From Halobacteriovoraceae bacterium (GTDB lineage Bacteria > Bdellovibrionota > Bacteriovoracia > Bacteriovoracales > Bacteriovoracaceae): DNA of 64,000 nucleotides. Below are positions 9,961 through 19,753 of this stretch, piece by piece. The notes below the pieces were generated by a model that was not told where the DNA came from, ran no database searches, and saw only the letters and a program-made list of their open reading frames with translations. Where the stretch lies: contig CAVRCF010000004.1 in assembly GCA_963719505.1 (NCBI GenBank), forward strand, positions 220,458-284,457, given 5' to 3'. A program made the position numbers and the translations under genes. The first letter of the stretch is position 1, and each line of letters starts with the position of its first letter.

Positions 9961-10950
9961 ATGAAATACTTAATTGCACTGATTCTTATTTTAAACACAA
10001 ACTTGGCTTTTTCTAAAAAGGTTAAGTTTGGAACGGTAGCTCCTGCTGGAACGCCTTGGGCCCAGACACTCGAAGATATTAAAAAGAGAGTCAAGAAAGC
10101 GAGTGGAAATAAACTCAATATAAAAACCTATCTAGGTGGACAGCTCGGTGGTGAGTTGGAGATTCTTCAAAAAATCAGAAGAGGAAATATTCAAGGTGGA
10201 GGTTTAACTTCTGCTGCTATGGCCTCAGTTGTTCCAGAGCTAGATGTTTTAGAACTTCCTTACCTTTTCGATAGTTATGAAGAAGCTGATTATATTTTAG
10301 ATAATCATCTTTTCGAAGTCTTTGAGAAACTCTTTTTAGAAAAAGACTTAGTTCTTATCTCTTGGGCAGAAAATGGCTGGAGAAATATTGGGCATAAGTC
10401 AAAAGCTATCCTTGGACCAAAAGACTTAGAGGGTGAAAAAATGAGATCTCAGGAGTCGAAGGTTCATCTGGCTTTTTGGAAAGCTATTAAAGCATCTCCT
10501 CAAGCCATTTCTACAGCTGAAACTCTTCCGGCCCTACAGACAGGTGTTGTTCAAGGCTTTGATAACACACCTCTTTTTACTCTTGCAGCTGAATGGCATA
10601 CAGCGATTAAACACTTTTCTATGACGGGGCATATTTATCAGCCAGCGGCAATCATTTATAGCAAGCGTTTTTGGGATAAGGTCTCAGTTGAAGACAAAAA
10701 GATTTTGACGGATAGAGGTCGCGACCTTGCTCCAGAATCAAGAATTGCTGTCCGTGCTTTAGGCGAAGAGCTTGTCGGTGTACTCGAGGGTTCAGGAATA
10801 AAGGTCTACAAACTTTCAGAAGATCAAAAAGAAAGCTTTAAAAAAGTTTTAGTGCCTCTTCATTCTCAAATGGTGAAATCTATAGGATCTGAAGCTCAAT
10901 TAATTTACGACATCATAGTCAAAGCCAAAAAAGAGTTTAAAAACAAGTAA
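9961..10950 (+). CDS. dctP: TRAP transporter substrate-binding protein DctP
   Basis: Signal peptide; GTVAPAGTPW, GGQLGGE, ENGWR, DLEGEKMR, ALQTGVVQG. Confidence 0.92.
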   Translation: MKYLIALILILNTNLAFSKKVKFGTVAPAGTPWAQTLEDIKKRVKKASGNKLNIKTYLGGQLGGELEILQKIRRGNIQGGGLTSAAMASVVPELDVLELPYLFDSYEEADYILDNHLFEVFEKLFLEKDLVLISWAENGWRNIGHKSKAILGPKDLEGEKMRSQESKVHLAFWKAIKASPQAISTAETLPALQTGVVQGFDNTPLFTLAAEWHTAIKHFSMTGHIYQPAAIIYSKRFWDKVSVEDKKILTDRGRDLAPESRIAVRALGEELVGVLEGSGIKVYKLSEDQKESFKKVLVPLHSQMVKSIGSEAQLIYDIIVKAKKEFKNK

Positions 10951-11444
10951 TGAAAAAACTTATAAATATTATCTCTTATGTTGAGAAAAGAGTCGCGGCT
11001 CTGTGTATGGCAGTCATGACTGTTCTTATAATCTTTGATGTTCTCTCTAGAGAGATCTTTAATAAGGGAATTCCTTGGGCCCAGAAATCTGCCGTTTATC
11101 TTATGATTTGGGGAGGATTTATCGGTGCGATTCTTGTGGCAGAAAAAGCCGCGCATCTGCGTCCTGAGGTTGCCGATAAACTTTGGGGGGAGAATCGTAA
11201 AGCTCTTTTTATCAGAGTTCAAAACTTTGTGATGCTTATCTTTTGTGGAGTTTTTTTATTTTATAGTTATAAATATGTTGCCGAATCTCTGAGCTTTGGA
11301 GATAAGTCCGTTGTTCTTCAAGTTCCTCTTTGGTTTCTCCAATTGGTCATTCCCTATACTTTCTTTTCTATGGCCTTAAGGAATATCTATTTTATTTTTA
11401 ATCCCGACGAGCAGCTACTTCTAAAGAAGGAGTTTAGCGCATGA
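10950..11444 (+). CDS. dctQ: TRAP transporter small permease DctQ
   Basis: Four TM helices, WAQK...IWGGFIGA; start overlaps the dctP stop. Confidence 0.9.
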   Translation: MKKLINIISYVEKRVAALCMAVMTVLIIFDVLSREIFNKGIPWAQKSAVYLMIWGGFIGAILVAEKAAHLRPEVADKLWGENRKALFIRVQNFVMLIFCGVFLFYSYKYVAESLSFGDKSVVLQVPLWFLQLVIPYTFFSMALRNIYFIFNPDEQLLLKKEFSA

Positions 11445-12697
11445 TGACTGTCATTTGTTTATGTCTTTTGGTGGTACTTATTCTTTTAGGGCAACCACTT
11501 TTTGTCATTATGGGAACCATAGCTGCTTTTTGTTATCATTTTGTTTCTAACGAAAGTATTAGTATTGTTATTGGAGATATTTTCTACGCAGCTAATAAAG
11601 AAATCCTTTTGGCCATTCCACTTTTTGTTTTGGCCGGACAAATAATGACCAAAGGATCAATTGCAACTCGTCTCATAGATATAGCAAAAGCGGTTACAGC
11701 TCCGATTCCATCGGGACTCGCTATTGCATCAGTTCTTTCATGTGCTGTTTTTGCAGCGATCTCTGGATCAAGTCCAGTTACTCTTATTGCTGTTGGAAGT
11801 ATTCTTTATCCAGCTTTATTAAAAGCGGGATATGATAAGAAAATGGCAATGGGGATGTTAAGTGTTGGTGGTACTTTAGGTATTATCGTTCCTCCAAGTA
11901 TCCCTATGATCATTTTTGCCATTATGGCCGGAGTGTCTGTTGTTGATCTTTTTAAAGCGGGGATTGGTCCAAGTATCGTTCTGATCGGGCTCCTTTGTAT
12001 TTACGCATTTTTTAGAGCGCCAGCTGGAAGTAAAGGTGAATGGAATACTCAAGAGTTTATAGCTTCAGTGAAGCGCGGTATTCTTTCTGTTTTTATGCCT
12101 TTTGTTATATTGGGTGGTATTTACACCGGATTTTTTACAGCTACTGAATCTGCAGCCGTTGCTGTTCTATATGCCTTGATTGTTGAATTTCTTTTCCACC
12201 GAGAGTTGAAGCTCTCCGACATGGTTAGCTTATTCGAAGAGACCGCAGCACTTTTAGGAACTCTGTTTCTTATTCTTATTTTGGCCATGAGTTTTAATAA
12301 GTTTATGACCTATGAGGATATTCCCCAAGATCTTGTTGAATATATGTCTTCTTTGATTTCGAGCAAGGTGACTTTTATTATTGGAGTAAATATTCTTCTT
12401 CTCATCGTTGGGTGTGTTATGGATATTATGAGCGCTATTTTAGTCCTGGCGCCAATACTAACTCCTATGGCCATTCACTATGGTATGAATCCTGTCCACT
12501 TTGGTGTCATGATGATTGTTAATTTAGAGATTGGTTATATCACTCCACCTATAGGTATTAACTTATTTGTGGCCTCTGGTATTTTCAAAGAGAATTTAAG
12601 CTCGGTCATAAAATCAATAGTGCCTCTCCTTTTTGTTTTATTGATCGGACTTCTATTGATCTCTTTTATTCCAAGTATCTCGTTGTTTACGGTTTAG
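11441..12697 (+). CDS. dctM: TRAP transporter large permease DctM
   Basis: LAIPLFVLAG, FAAISGSS, LGIIVPPSIP, FTATESA, TPPIGINLF. Confidence 0.95.
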   Translation: MMTVICLCLLVVLILLGQPLFVIMGTIAAFCYHFVSNESISIVIGDIFYAANKEILLAIPLFVLAGQIMTKGSIATRLIDIAKAVTAPIPSGLAIASVLSCAVFAAISGSSPVTLIAVGSILYPALLKAGYDKKMAMGMLSVGGTLGIIVPPSIPMIIFAIMAGVSVVDLFKAGIGPSIVLIGLLCIYAFFRAPAGSKGEWNTQEFIASVKRGILSVFMPFVILGGIYTGFFTATESAAVAVLYALIVEFLFHRELKLSDMVSLFEETAALLGTLFLILILAMSFNKFMTYEDIPQDLVEYMSSLISSKVTFIIGVNILLLIVGCVMDIMSAILVLAPILTPMAIHYGMNPVHFGVMMIVNLEIGYITPPIGINLFVASGIFKENLSSVIKSIVPLLFVLLIGLLLISFIPSISLFTV

Positions 12698-13408
12698 TTT
12701 GTTGCTTTAAGTCCAAGCTCTGGACTCTCAATGAGATACGTCCCTTTTCTGACCTCTACATTTAAGGTCCATTTTTGAGACTCTGTGAAATGAACTTTAT
12801 CAAAGAGCTTTTCACCTTCAGAGTCGTATTTTGTTCCAAAATAGAGGCTATTGTTATCAAATGGCCAAACAGCTATATCCAGTTGCTATTTCATCAATTG
12901 TTCCTACACCCGTTTCAAATTCTTTAAAGATAACCTTCGTTCTTTTTCTCCCAATATTTGAGAAAATTCCATCATGGCCATCTGAACTTTTTAATGTTCC
13001 GTCAACTTGGGGGTAGCCCGTCCATGTTTTAAATGCTTCTACGAGGTAGGTCACTTCTTTACTATAAGGTTCGCTTTCTCCATCTTTAAATAACATGACA
13101 GTCTTTTTTACTCTTTGGATAAGAAACTTCTCTTCGATTGGACTTTCAATATTAGTAAAGAAAAAGTAGTACGCGCTGCCTTTTTCATATTTGCTCCAAA
13201 GAACTTCATCTTTAGGTCGGCTCAGGAGATCTAACCCTCGTTTTTGCATAATAGAGTTTAGATTTGTCTTTCTAAAGGCTTCAACTTTTTTATCGTAGTC
13301 CATCCACCAATATTTATGGAGAGATCCATTTTCTAGAGTTGGTGCAATAATATTAATAGCTGCAAATGCATTAAAGCAGATTGCAAGTGTGAGAATAATA
13401 AGTTTCAT
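12694..13408 (-). CDS. Hypothetical secreted protein, apparently split by one frameshift near 12880-12900
   Basis: ORF 13408-12857 has a signal peptide. A second frame runs open DIAVWPFDNNSLYFG...ELGLKATN* to 12694 and fills the gap to dctM exactly. Confidence 0.6.
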
Positions 13409-13500
13409 CTTTTATCCTTAGGGCTAAGTTAAAGATGTATTATCAAATCGATTTGAATTTTTTGCGAGGACGGTAGTAAAATATTCAATCTTGAACGGTA

Positions 13501-14823
13501 TTATAAATACTTAGAGTGGACATTCTTTACAATTTCAAAGGTATCTTTCGATTCCACCAACAGACTAAAGCTATTGTTGCTGGCACCCATGTTGATAGAG
13601 TAGGACATTTTAGAGTTTGAAAAAGAGAGGATATCGCACTTGAAGTTCTCTTCATCAGAGAAATTATTACCGACAAATGTGAGAAGGGATAGGTTTTTGA
13701 TGACTTTAACATCGGAGAATTTTCTTATCTCATCACCAATTTTTTCTTTCTCTAGAGGGACAGAAAGAGAGTAGGTGGTTTCTCCTATTTGAAGTGAATC
13801 AAGTGAAACTTTGTGTTTTTCAAAAAGAGTAATAAGCTTACTGAGAAATTCGCTTGTTCTGATAAGTTGTGTATTTGTAATTTTAAAAAGAATCTGATTC
13901 TCTCTTACAGCGATGGCCCTAAGTTTAGGTCGTTCAATGGGTGTCTTTTTTATCCAGGTTCCTTTTGAATTATCTAAAAGGGTAGAGCCCACAAAAATAG
14001 GAATAGCTTTTCTTTTTACGGGTTGAATGGTTATTGGATGAAGAATCTTTGCGCCGTAAAAAGCGAGCTCACTGGCCTCTTTGTAGGAGATCTCTTCAAT
14101 TCTTTTTGATTCTTTAATGAGCCTTGGGTCGCAGGTTGCGATTCCGTCGACATCCGTCCAGATCTCAAGAGTGTCTGCTTCAAGCGCTTCCGCAAAAAGT
14201 GCTGCAGTATAGTCGCTTCCACCTCTACCAATGGTTGTCGTTCTGCCATCCTCTGTGGAGCCTATAAAACCTCCAGCCACTAGTGTGGTAGCAAAGGACA
14301 AAGACTTTACTTTTTCTTTTATCATAATTGGTTTTGGTGAAGCCTGAGAGAAAAAATCATCTGTAATAAGAAAGTTTCTTGAATCTATATGTGTCGCTTC
14401 CTTTTTTGAAACTTGGCTTAAGACTTCTGTGAAAATGAGGCTTGATAGTCTTTCCCCAAAAGAGAGAAGTTGGTCGTAAATAGAGTTATTAAACTCTCTA
14501 AGAAGTAAAAGGCCTCTCGCGATTTGTTCAAGTTTTCTAAATTCTGAATTAAATTGAATTAAAAGGTCTTCATAACTATCAAGGGAATAAATGATATCTA
14601 AGTGTTTTTCTTTTATAGAGTAGAGGATTTTCTCTAATGAGTTTTCATGGGACTCTTTGGTGAGTTCAAACAGAGATATCAGATCATTGGTAATACCAAA
14701 AACTGCCGAGACAACAATGAGATTACTTTTTTGCCTTACGGCTATTTTAGCACTTCTGATCATGGTCTGGATGTTGGCCATGGAGCTTCCACCAAATTTT
14801 GAAATGATAATGTTTTGTGTCAT
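13501..14823 (-). CDS. lysC: Aspartate kinase
   Basis: KFGGSSMA, VVSA, GERLSS, TTTIGRGGSDYTA, IWTDVDG, GAKILHP, C-terminal ACT-like regions. Confidence 0.92.
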   Translation of the reverse strand: MTQNIIISKFGGSSMANIQTMIRSAKIAVRQKSNLIVVSAVFGITNDLISLFELTKESHENSLEKILYSIKEKHLDIIYSLDSYEDLLIQFNSEFRKLEQIARGLLLLREFNNSIYDQLLSFGERLSSLIFTEVLSQVSKKEATHIDSRNFLITDDFFSQASPKPIMIKEKVKSLSFATTLVAGGFIGSTEDGRTTTIGRGGSDYTAALFAEALEADTLEIWTDVDGIATCDPRLIKESKRIEEISYKEASELAFYGAKILHPITIQPVKRKAIPIFVGSTLLDNSKGTWIKKTPIERPKLRAIAVRENQILFKITNTQLIRTSEFLSKLITLFEKHKVSLDSLQIGETTYSLSVPLEKEKIGDEIRKFSDVKVIKNLSLLTFVGNNFSDEENFKCDILSFSNSKMSYSINMGASNNSFSLLVESKDTFEIVKNVHSKYL

Positions 14824-14908
14824 TGATCTCCTAAAATATGGAATTATACTAATATTTTAATTACTAAAAGTAATGCATAAGTTAGTCTTCTTGCAAGGGA
14901 GGAAGAGC

Positions 14909-15967
14909 ATGAAAACACTTGGTATTGTTGGCTTTAGGGGAATGGTTGGAAATACTTTAATGCAAAGAATGGCCCAGTCTGGGGATTTTGATCATTTTAA
15001 GACTATTTTGTTCTCTTCACAAAAAGAGATCACTTCTTTTATGCTTGGGAATCAAAGTTTCAATGTTCAAAACTCTTTCTCAATCGAAGCACTGCTTGCT
15101 TGCGATATTATCGTCACATGTCAGGGGGCGGAGTATACTCAAGAGACTCTACCAAAACTTCAACATTCAAACTGGCAAGGATTTTGGATTGATGCCTCCT
15201 CAGCCCTTAGGATGGAAGAGTCAAGTTTGATCTGTCTTGATCCCATTAATGAAAAAGCTCTCATCGAGGGGATTGAAAAAGGAATTAAAGTTTTTTGTGG
15301 AGGAAACTGTACTGTATCATTACTTTTGTTGGCCTTAGATGGTCTCTACAAAGAGAATCTCATTGATTGGGTTAGTTCTATGACCTATCAAGCAGCCTCG
15401 GGAGCTGGAGCATCTGCAATAGAGGAGCTTTACCATCAGTATACACAGACCGCGATGTTAACAACGACCGGTCTGATGGATCGAGAAAGACAGATCGCTG
15501 AAATCATCTCACAAAAGGAGATGCCTCTGGCCTACAACCTTCTCCCTTTTATTGACGGCCAGATGCCTGGTGGGGCAAGCAAGGAAGAGTGGAAGGCCAC
15601 AGTTGAGTCCTCTAAGATTCATGGGCGCCAAATACTTGTTGATGGAACCTGTGTAAGAGTTTCAAGCCTGAGGTGTCACGCTCAAGCCCTAACTATAAAA
15701 CTTAATAAAAACGTTAGCTTAGATAGTGTTGAAGAAATTTTGAAAAATAGCAATCAGTGGATAAAATACATACCTAATGACAAAAATAACACTTTGCGGT
15801 ATTTAAACCCTCATACTGTTGCCACAACTCTAGATATAGGTGTCGGTCGACTCAAGAAGATGACTTTTGGAGATGAATACTTAAACCTATTCACAATAGG
15901 AGATCAACTTTTGTGGGGAGCTGCAGAGCCTCTAAGAAGAATGGTGAGGCTTTTAGAAAAGGTGTAA
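14909..15967 (+). CDS. asd: Aspartate-semialdehyde dehydrogenase (proteobacterial type)
   Basis: GFRGMVG, WIDASSALRM, GGNCTVSL, TYQAASGAG, GDQLLWGAAEPLRR; GGAGG RBS before 14909. Confidence 0.95.
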   Translation: MKTLGIVGFRGMVGNTLMQRMAQSGDFDHFKTILFSSQKEITSFMLGNQSFNVQNSFSIEALLACDIIVTCQGAEYTQETLPKLQHSNWQGFWIDASSALRMEESSLICLDPINEKALIEGIEKGIKVFCGGNCTVSLLLLALDGLYKENLIDWVSSMTYQAASGAGASAIEELYHQYTQTAMLTTTGLMDRERQIAEIISQKEMPLAYNLLPFIDGQMPGGASKEEWKATVESSKIHGRQILVDGTCVRVSSLRCHAQALTIKLNKNVSLDSVEEILKNSNQWIKYIPNDKNNTLRYLNPHTVATTLDIGVGRLKKMTFGDEYLNLFTIGDQLLWGAAEPLRRMVRLLEKV

Positions 15968-15968
15968 A

Positions 15969-17147
15969 ATGAAAATTTTCTTGTCTTTGGTTTTCACGTT
16001 TAGTTTTATCTCGCAAGGGTTCGCGGTCGATAATGAACAAAGAATCATGAATGCTTATGAAAAGTCTGATAAGGCCTATGATTTAGAATGTTACTATTTC
16101 TCACCGGTTAAGAATCTCCTTATTCTTCCAAAGACCACGACGACCTATATCGATAAAAAGATCACAAGAGATTTCGATCTTAAGCTCAACGGTCAAGTCA
16201 CAGATATGAGAGTATCCTTTATTCAAAAAGAAAATGAAGACAAAAAAAGTGTCGGAAAATACAAGGTTAGCCTTGGAGATAAAAATTTTTCGGGCAACGT
16301 TTCTGATAATTTTTATAAAGGGTTTTACTTACAAAACTCTGGTTCAGATTTTGACAATAAATTTGAAGTCAATAAACTCTACTGCACATTCAATATTGCT
16401 CGGACGACTCCATTTAAATTAGAGAGCTCTCTTAGTGATCTTCATATCAATGTTCATCCCCATTTAAGTTATGACTACTTTAATGAAACAACTGAAAATG
16501 TTCAAAGAATACTGGATAAGAATATAGGAAAGAACATCGTTTTAATTGAAGAGCAAGATGATGTAAAAGGTCAGCTGGTTGATCTCACAAACTTTTTGGA
16601 AACCGGTATCGTCCCTGACCTTCCAAAAAATCCTTATGAAACTCCTCTTGATATTCCACTGACCACACAGCTTGTTGTCTCACCAGCTGGACATAACAGA
16701 TATGAATTTAAAAAAATGGACGGTGAAATAAACCTAACCTTTACCGGTGGCTTTCATAATTACTGTGTCTGGAACAATACAAGAAATATTTTGCGATCAT
16801 TATTTAGATCAGAAAGTAGAACAAAACTTAATATCAACTATAAACTTGATTCAATGATCGTTCAAAGATCAGGTATTATAGGGGGACTGTCTTTCAACTG
16901 GGCACAAGTGAGGAGAACAAGACTGTTATCCAATTTAGTTGAAAAAAATCCAAGTCATATGAAAAGCTATTTTAGAAACTATTTCCGTTTCTTCTCTGGA
17001 AGTTTTTTGACGGGCTCTACTTTTGGAAGTTTTACTTCAACCTTTAAAACACTGAAGATAAACTACAAGAGCCCTCTTTATGAGGACTCTGTTATTATTG
17101 AAGGTAACGGTGTTAGAAATCTCGAAGTTGACTTTAACTATCTATAG
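15969..17147 (+). CDS. Hypothetical secreted protein
   Basis: 392 aa with a signal peptide (…SQGFA), 1 nt after asd. Confidence 0.7.
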   Translation: MKIFLSLVFTFSFISQGFAVDNEQRIMNAYEKSDKAYDLECYYFSPVKNLLILPKTTTTYIDKKITRDFDLKLNGQVTDMRVSFIQKENEDKKSVGKYKVSLGDKNFSGNVSDNFYKGFYLQNSGSDFDNKFEVNKLYCTFNIARTTPFKLESSLSDLHINVHPHLSYDYFNETTENVQRILDKNIGKNIVLIEEQDDVKGQLVDLTNFLETGIVPDLPKNPYETPLDIPLTTQLVVSPAGHNRYEFKKMDGEINLTFTGGFHNYCVWNNTRNILRSLFRSESRTKLNINYKLDSMIVQRSGIIGGLSFNWAQVRRTRLLSNLVEKNPSHMKSYFRNYFRFFSGSFLTGSTFGSFTSTFKTLKINYKSPLYEDSVIIEGNGVRNLEVDFNYL

Positions 17148-18059
17148 ATTTTCGATATAGGCAGAAAGATCGTCAAAAGAGGCGAAGCATTTAATGTCGG
17201 AATCTGGTAGAGACACGCAGAAGTCATATGCTCCAACTAATATTTGCGTTTGTGGTGTGATGTACTGGGCAACCGTCTTGAGGTAGTTAGTACTTTGTTC
17301 TTGTGTAAATAGTCTCGAGTAGTTTATTCCTAGAAAAATATAGTCAGGTTTAAACTGAGAGCTGATTTGTCCAACAATCTCACTTTCAACATTCGTCCCG
17401 ATAAAATCAACATTTAGACCTGCATCTAAAAATAGAATTGTTGCAACCATAGTTCCAATTTCATTTAAGCTACAGTCTGGAGATGCAACGAGAATTTTCT
17501 TCTTGTTAACATTTTTTTGTTTGTAGGAAAGGTAGAGCTTTCTGTTTAAATGAGACTTTAAAATAACATAGATCTGTTGTCTTTGGTTTTCGGCCAAAAC
17601 TTGTTTGTCTTTCATCTCGAGAATTTGCTTCATCGCTGGTTGAATAATCTTTAGAGCAAATAATTTTGATGCAAGTGATTCAGCTGCTTTTTCTAACTCA
17701 TGGTTTAGAACATCAAGTTTAAAGAAATTTAAGGCCATCGTTATATTTTTTAATGATCCTTCAAAATCAAAGTTCTTGAACTCTTCTGCAGTATTGTCAT
17801 CGATACCAAAATGTTTAGAAATATCTTTAAGCTCTTCGTAAGGAAGAGAGGCAATATCAGATATACTGTTACCAAGTTTGACTAATTTGTTTAAGATGTG
17901 GAGTCTGTTTATTTCAAAGTTTGTGTAAAGTCTTCTCCCATTATTATCTCGCTGGGGTGTGATGGCATTATACCTTTTCTCCCAAGCTCTGATAGTATGA
18001 GGATTAATTCCAGTAATGTTTGAAACAAATTGAATGTTAAAAATTTGGTTGTCGCCCAT
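17142..18059 (-). CDS. MerR-family regulator with CarH/LitR-like C-terminal domains
   Basis: N-terminal TIRAWEKRY...PQRDNNGRRLY MerR HTH, then helical and Rossmann-like regions (LDAGLNVDFIGTNV). Confidence 0.85.
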   Translation of the reverse strand: MGDNQIFNIQFVSNITGINPHTIRAWEKRYNAITPQRDNNGRRLYTNFEINRLHILNKLVKLGNSISDIASLPYEELKDISKHFGIDDNTAEEFKNFDFEGSLKNITMALNFFKLDVLNHELEKAAESLASKLFALKIIQPAMKQILEMKDKQVLAENQRQQIYVILKSHLNRKLYLSYKQKNVNKKKILVASPDCSLNEIGTMVATILFLDAGLNVDFIGTNVESEIVGQISSQFKPDYIFLGINYSRLFTQEQSTNYLKTVAQYITPQTQILVGAYDFCVSLPDSDIKCFASFDDLSAYIENL

Positions 18060-18123
18060 GGGACATTCCTTTGTAGAAGGTTCTTCTAAGTTATAATGCG
18101 CTTGCCTATCTATTTCAATTTGA

Positions 18124-18146
18124 TAGACCTAAACAATATATAGACA
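18124..18146. promoter_or_regulatory. Candidate CarH-type operator (TnnACA direct repeats, 11-bp period)
   Basis: TAAACA at 18130 and TAGACA at 18141, upstream of the MerR gene. Confidence 0.35.
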
Positions 18147-18268
18147 GCCCTTTTGTAAAACCAATGTCTAGCTTTAAGTTGGACTTAAGTTGTGCAGATA
18201 TCTACACATTTGGCTAAGATATTGTTTTTACATTGGACGATTGCAACAAAGGTAAGTAGGTTAGGCTC

Positions 18269-18925
18269 ATGTTATTTAAAAATTTGTATGAAACGGAAGA
18301 TTTTCTCGTTGTTAATAAATTAAAGCCTTGTAGCTATCACAGTGATGAGGGAACGGGATTTTTTGAGCAAGTCAAAGCTGAATATCCTGCAGTGATTTCT
18401 GTCCACCGCTTAGATAAGCCAACTGTAGGTCTGTGTCTTTTTGCTAAAAATATTGAGGCCGCAAAGATATTTGGAGATCTTTTTTCTAGTCAAAAGGTAG
18501 AGAAGATCTATCTTGCCCTCAGTGATAAAAAGCCCACGAAAAAACAAGGGCTAGTGATGGGGGATATGGAGAAGTCTAGAAGTGGAAGTTATCGACTTTC
18601 AAAAACTAAAAAAAATCCGGCCATCACACAATTTTTTACCTATTCATTGGCTCCAGGGAAAAGACTTTTTATTCTAAAACCTCACTCGGGTAAAACTCAT
18701 CAACTGAGAGTGATGATGAAATCGATAGGTTCCCCAATTGTGGGTGATGATAGATATAAAGGCTCAATTTGTGAGAGTCTTTATCTTCAGGCTCACCAGT
18801 TAAAGTTCACCTTTAAAAATAAATACTTTATCTTCACTCTTAATAGTTTTTTTGACATCGAATCTGAAAAGGTTACTGAAAAAAGTTTAGAGGATCTTAT
18901 TTGGCCAGATCTAAAAAAGAGTTAA
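18269..18925 (+). CDS. RluA-family RNA pseudouridine synthase
   Basis: VHRLDKPT, GDMEKSRSG, PHSGKTHQLRV, PIVGDDRY. Confidence 0.92.
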   Translation: MLFKNLYETEDFLVVNKLKPCSYHSDEGTGFFEQVKAEYPAVISVHRLDKPTVGLCLFAKNIEAAKIFGDLFSSQKVEKIYLALSDKKPTKKQGLVMGDMEKSRSGSYRLSKTKKNPAITQFFTYSLAPGKRLFILKPHSGKTHQLRVMMKSIGSPIVGDDRYKGSICESLYLQAHQLKFTFKNKYFIFTLNSFFDIESEKVTEKSLEDLIWPDLKKS

Positions 18926-19538
18926 TAAAGTTTAATCCATTTGATTGCACCAAATTTATATCATGGGCATTAGCTTTTTTGATAAAAGATAAAGATGCCT
19001 CTGGATGTGCTTGAAGACTATAGTAGTTTGTCTTTTTTAGATGAAGAACATCGAACATCGAGTCTTTTGATGAAGCCAGCACATCAAAATCCTTTGTGAT
19101 TTTTTTTACCACTTGAGCATGAGAATAAGCGAGGCTTAAGCTTTCGTTTTTAGAGTGGCCTAAAGTCGATTTATTAAAGACAACATCTCTTACAATATCA
19201 AAGGTCTTTTTGCTTGAATCAATATAACCCACTTCACAACCGAGGTGATGGGCAATAAGTTGGTGTCCAAAACATATACCTAAGACAAATGCACCAGAGT
19301 GTATTTTAGGTATAATAAACTCAAGCAAATCTTTATGCCACTGTAGATTTTCATGCACATGAGAGGCACTACCCAAGATAATATAGTGAGTCGGTTTTGT
19401 AAGGGATGTTAATGATTCCATTCCGTACTTTGAGGGCATGTGATAAGTTGAAACGAGCTGCAACTTTTCGACGAGCTCATTAACACAGTGATTTACAGGA
19501 TCATTTATAAAACAATCAATAAAGGCGACATTTTTCAT
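18897..19538 (-). CDS. Class I glutamine amidotransferase (GMP-synthase-like GATase domain)
   Basis: LGICFGHQLIA nucleophile motif and QAHPE. Confidence 0.88.
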   Translation of the reverse strand: MKNVAFIDCFINDPVNHCVNELVEKLQLVSTYHMPSKYGMESLTSLTKPTHYIILGSASHVHENLQWHKDLLEFIIPKIHSGAFVLGICFGHQLIAHHLGCEVGYIDSSKKTFDIVRDVVFNKSTLGHSKNESLSLAYSHAQVVKKITKDFDVLASSKDSMFDVLHLKKTNYYSLQAHPEASLSFIKKANAHDINLVQSNGLNFINSFLDLAK

Positions 19539-19567
19539 AAAAAAAAGGAACTGTGAAAGTTCCTTTT
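19539..19567 (-). terminator. Rho-independent terminator after the 33-aa basic ORF
   Basis: AAAAGGAACT-gtgaa-AGTTCCTTTT with a U-tract on the minus strand. Confidence 0.7.
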
Positions 19568-19667
19568 ATTTTTTAGCGTTAATTTTTCTTTTGATTTTAG
19601 CTTTTTTCTTTGCTTGAGCTCTTCTTCTTTTCATTTTTAACTCAAGTTTCTTTCTTCCGTCACCCAT
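19566..19667 (-). CDS. Small very basic protein MGDGRKKLELKMKRRRAQAKKKAKIKRKINAKK (33 aa), not in the ORF track
   Basis: AAGGAG RBS upstream of ATG, own terminator, 17/33 residues K or R. Confidence 0.75.
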   Translation of the reverse strand: MGDGRKKLELKMKRRRAQAKKKAKIKRKINAKK

Positions 19668-19753
19668 ATAAATCTCCTTAAGATATTAAATATTTGAACC
19701 CCATTTTTACGCAATTTGGCGTTATCTGTAAAGAACTATTGAAGCGCTTGGCG

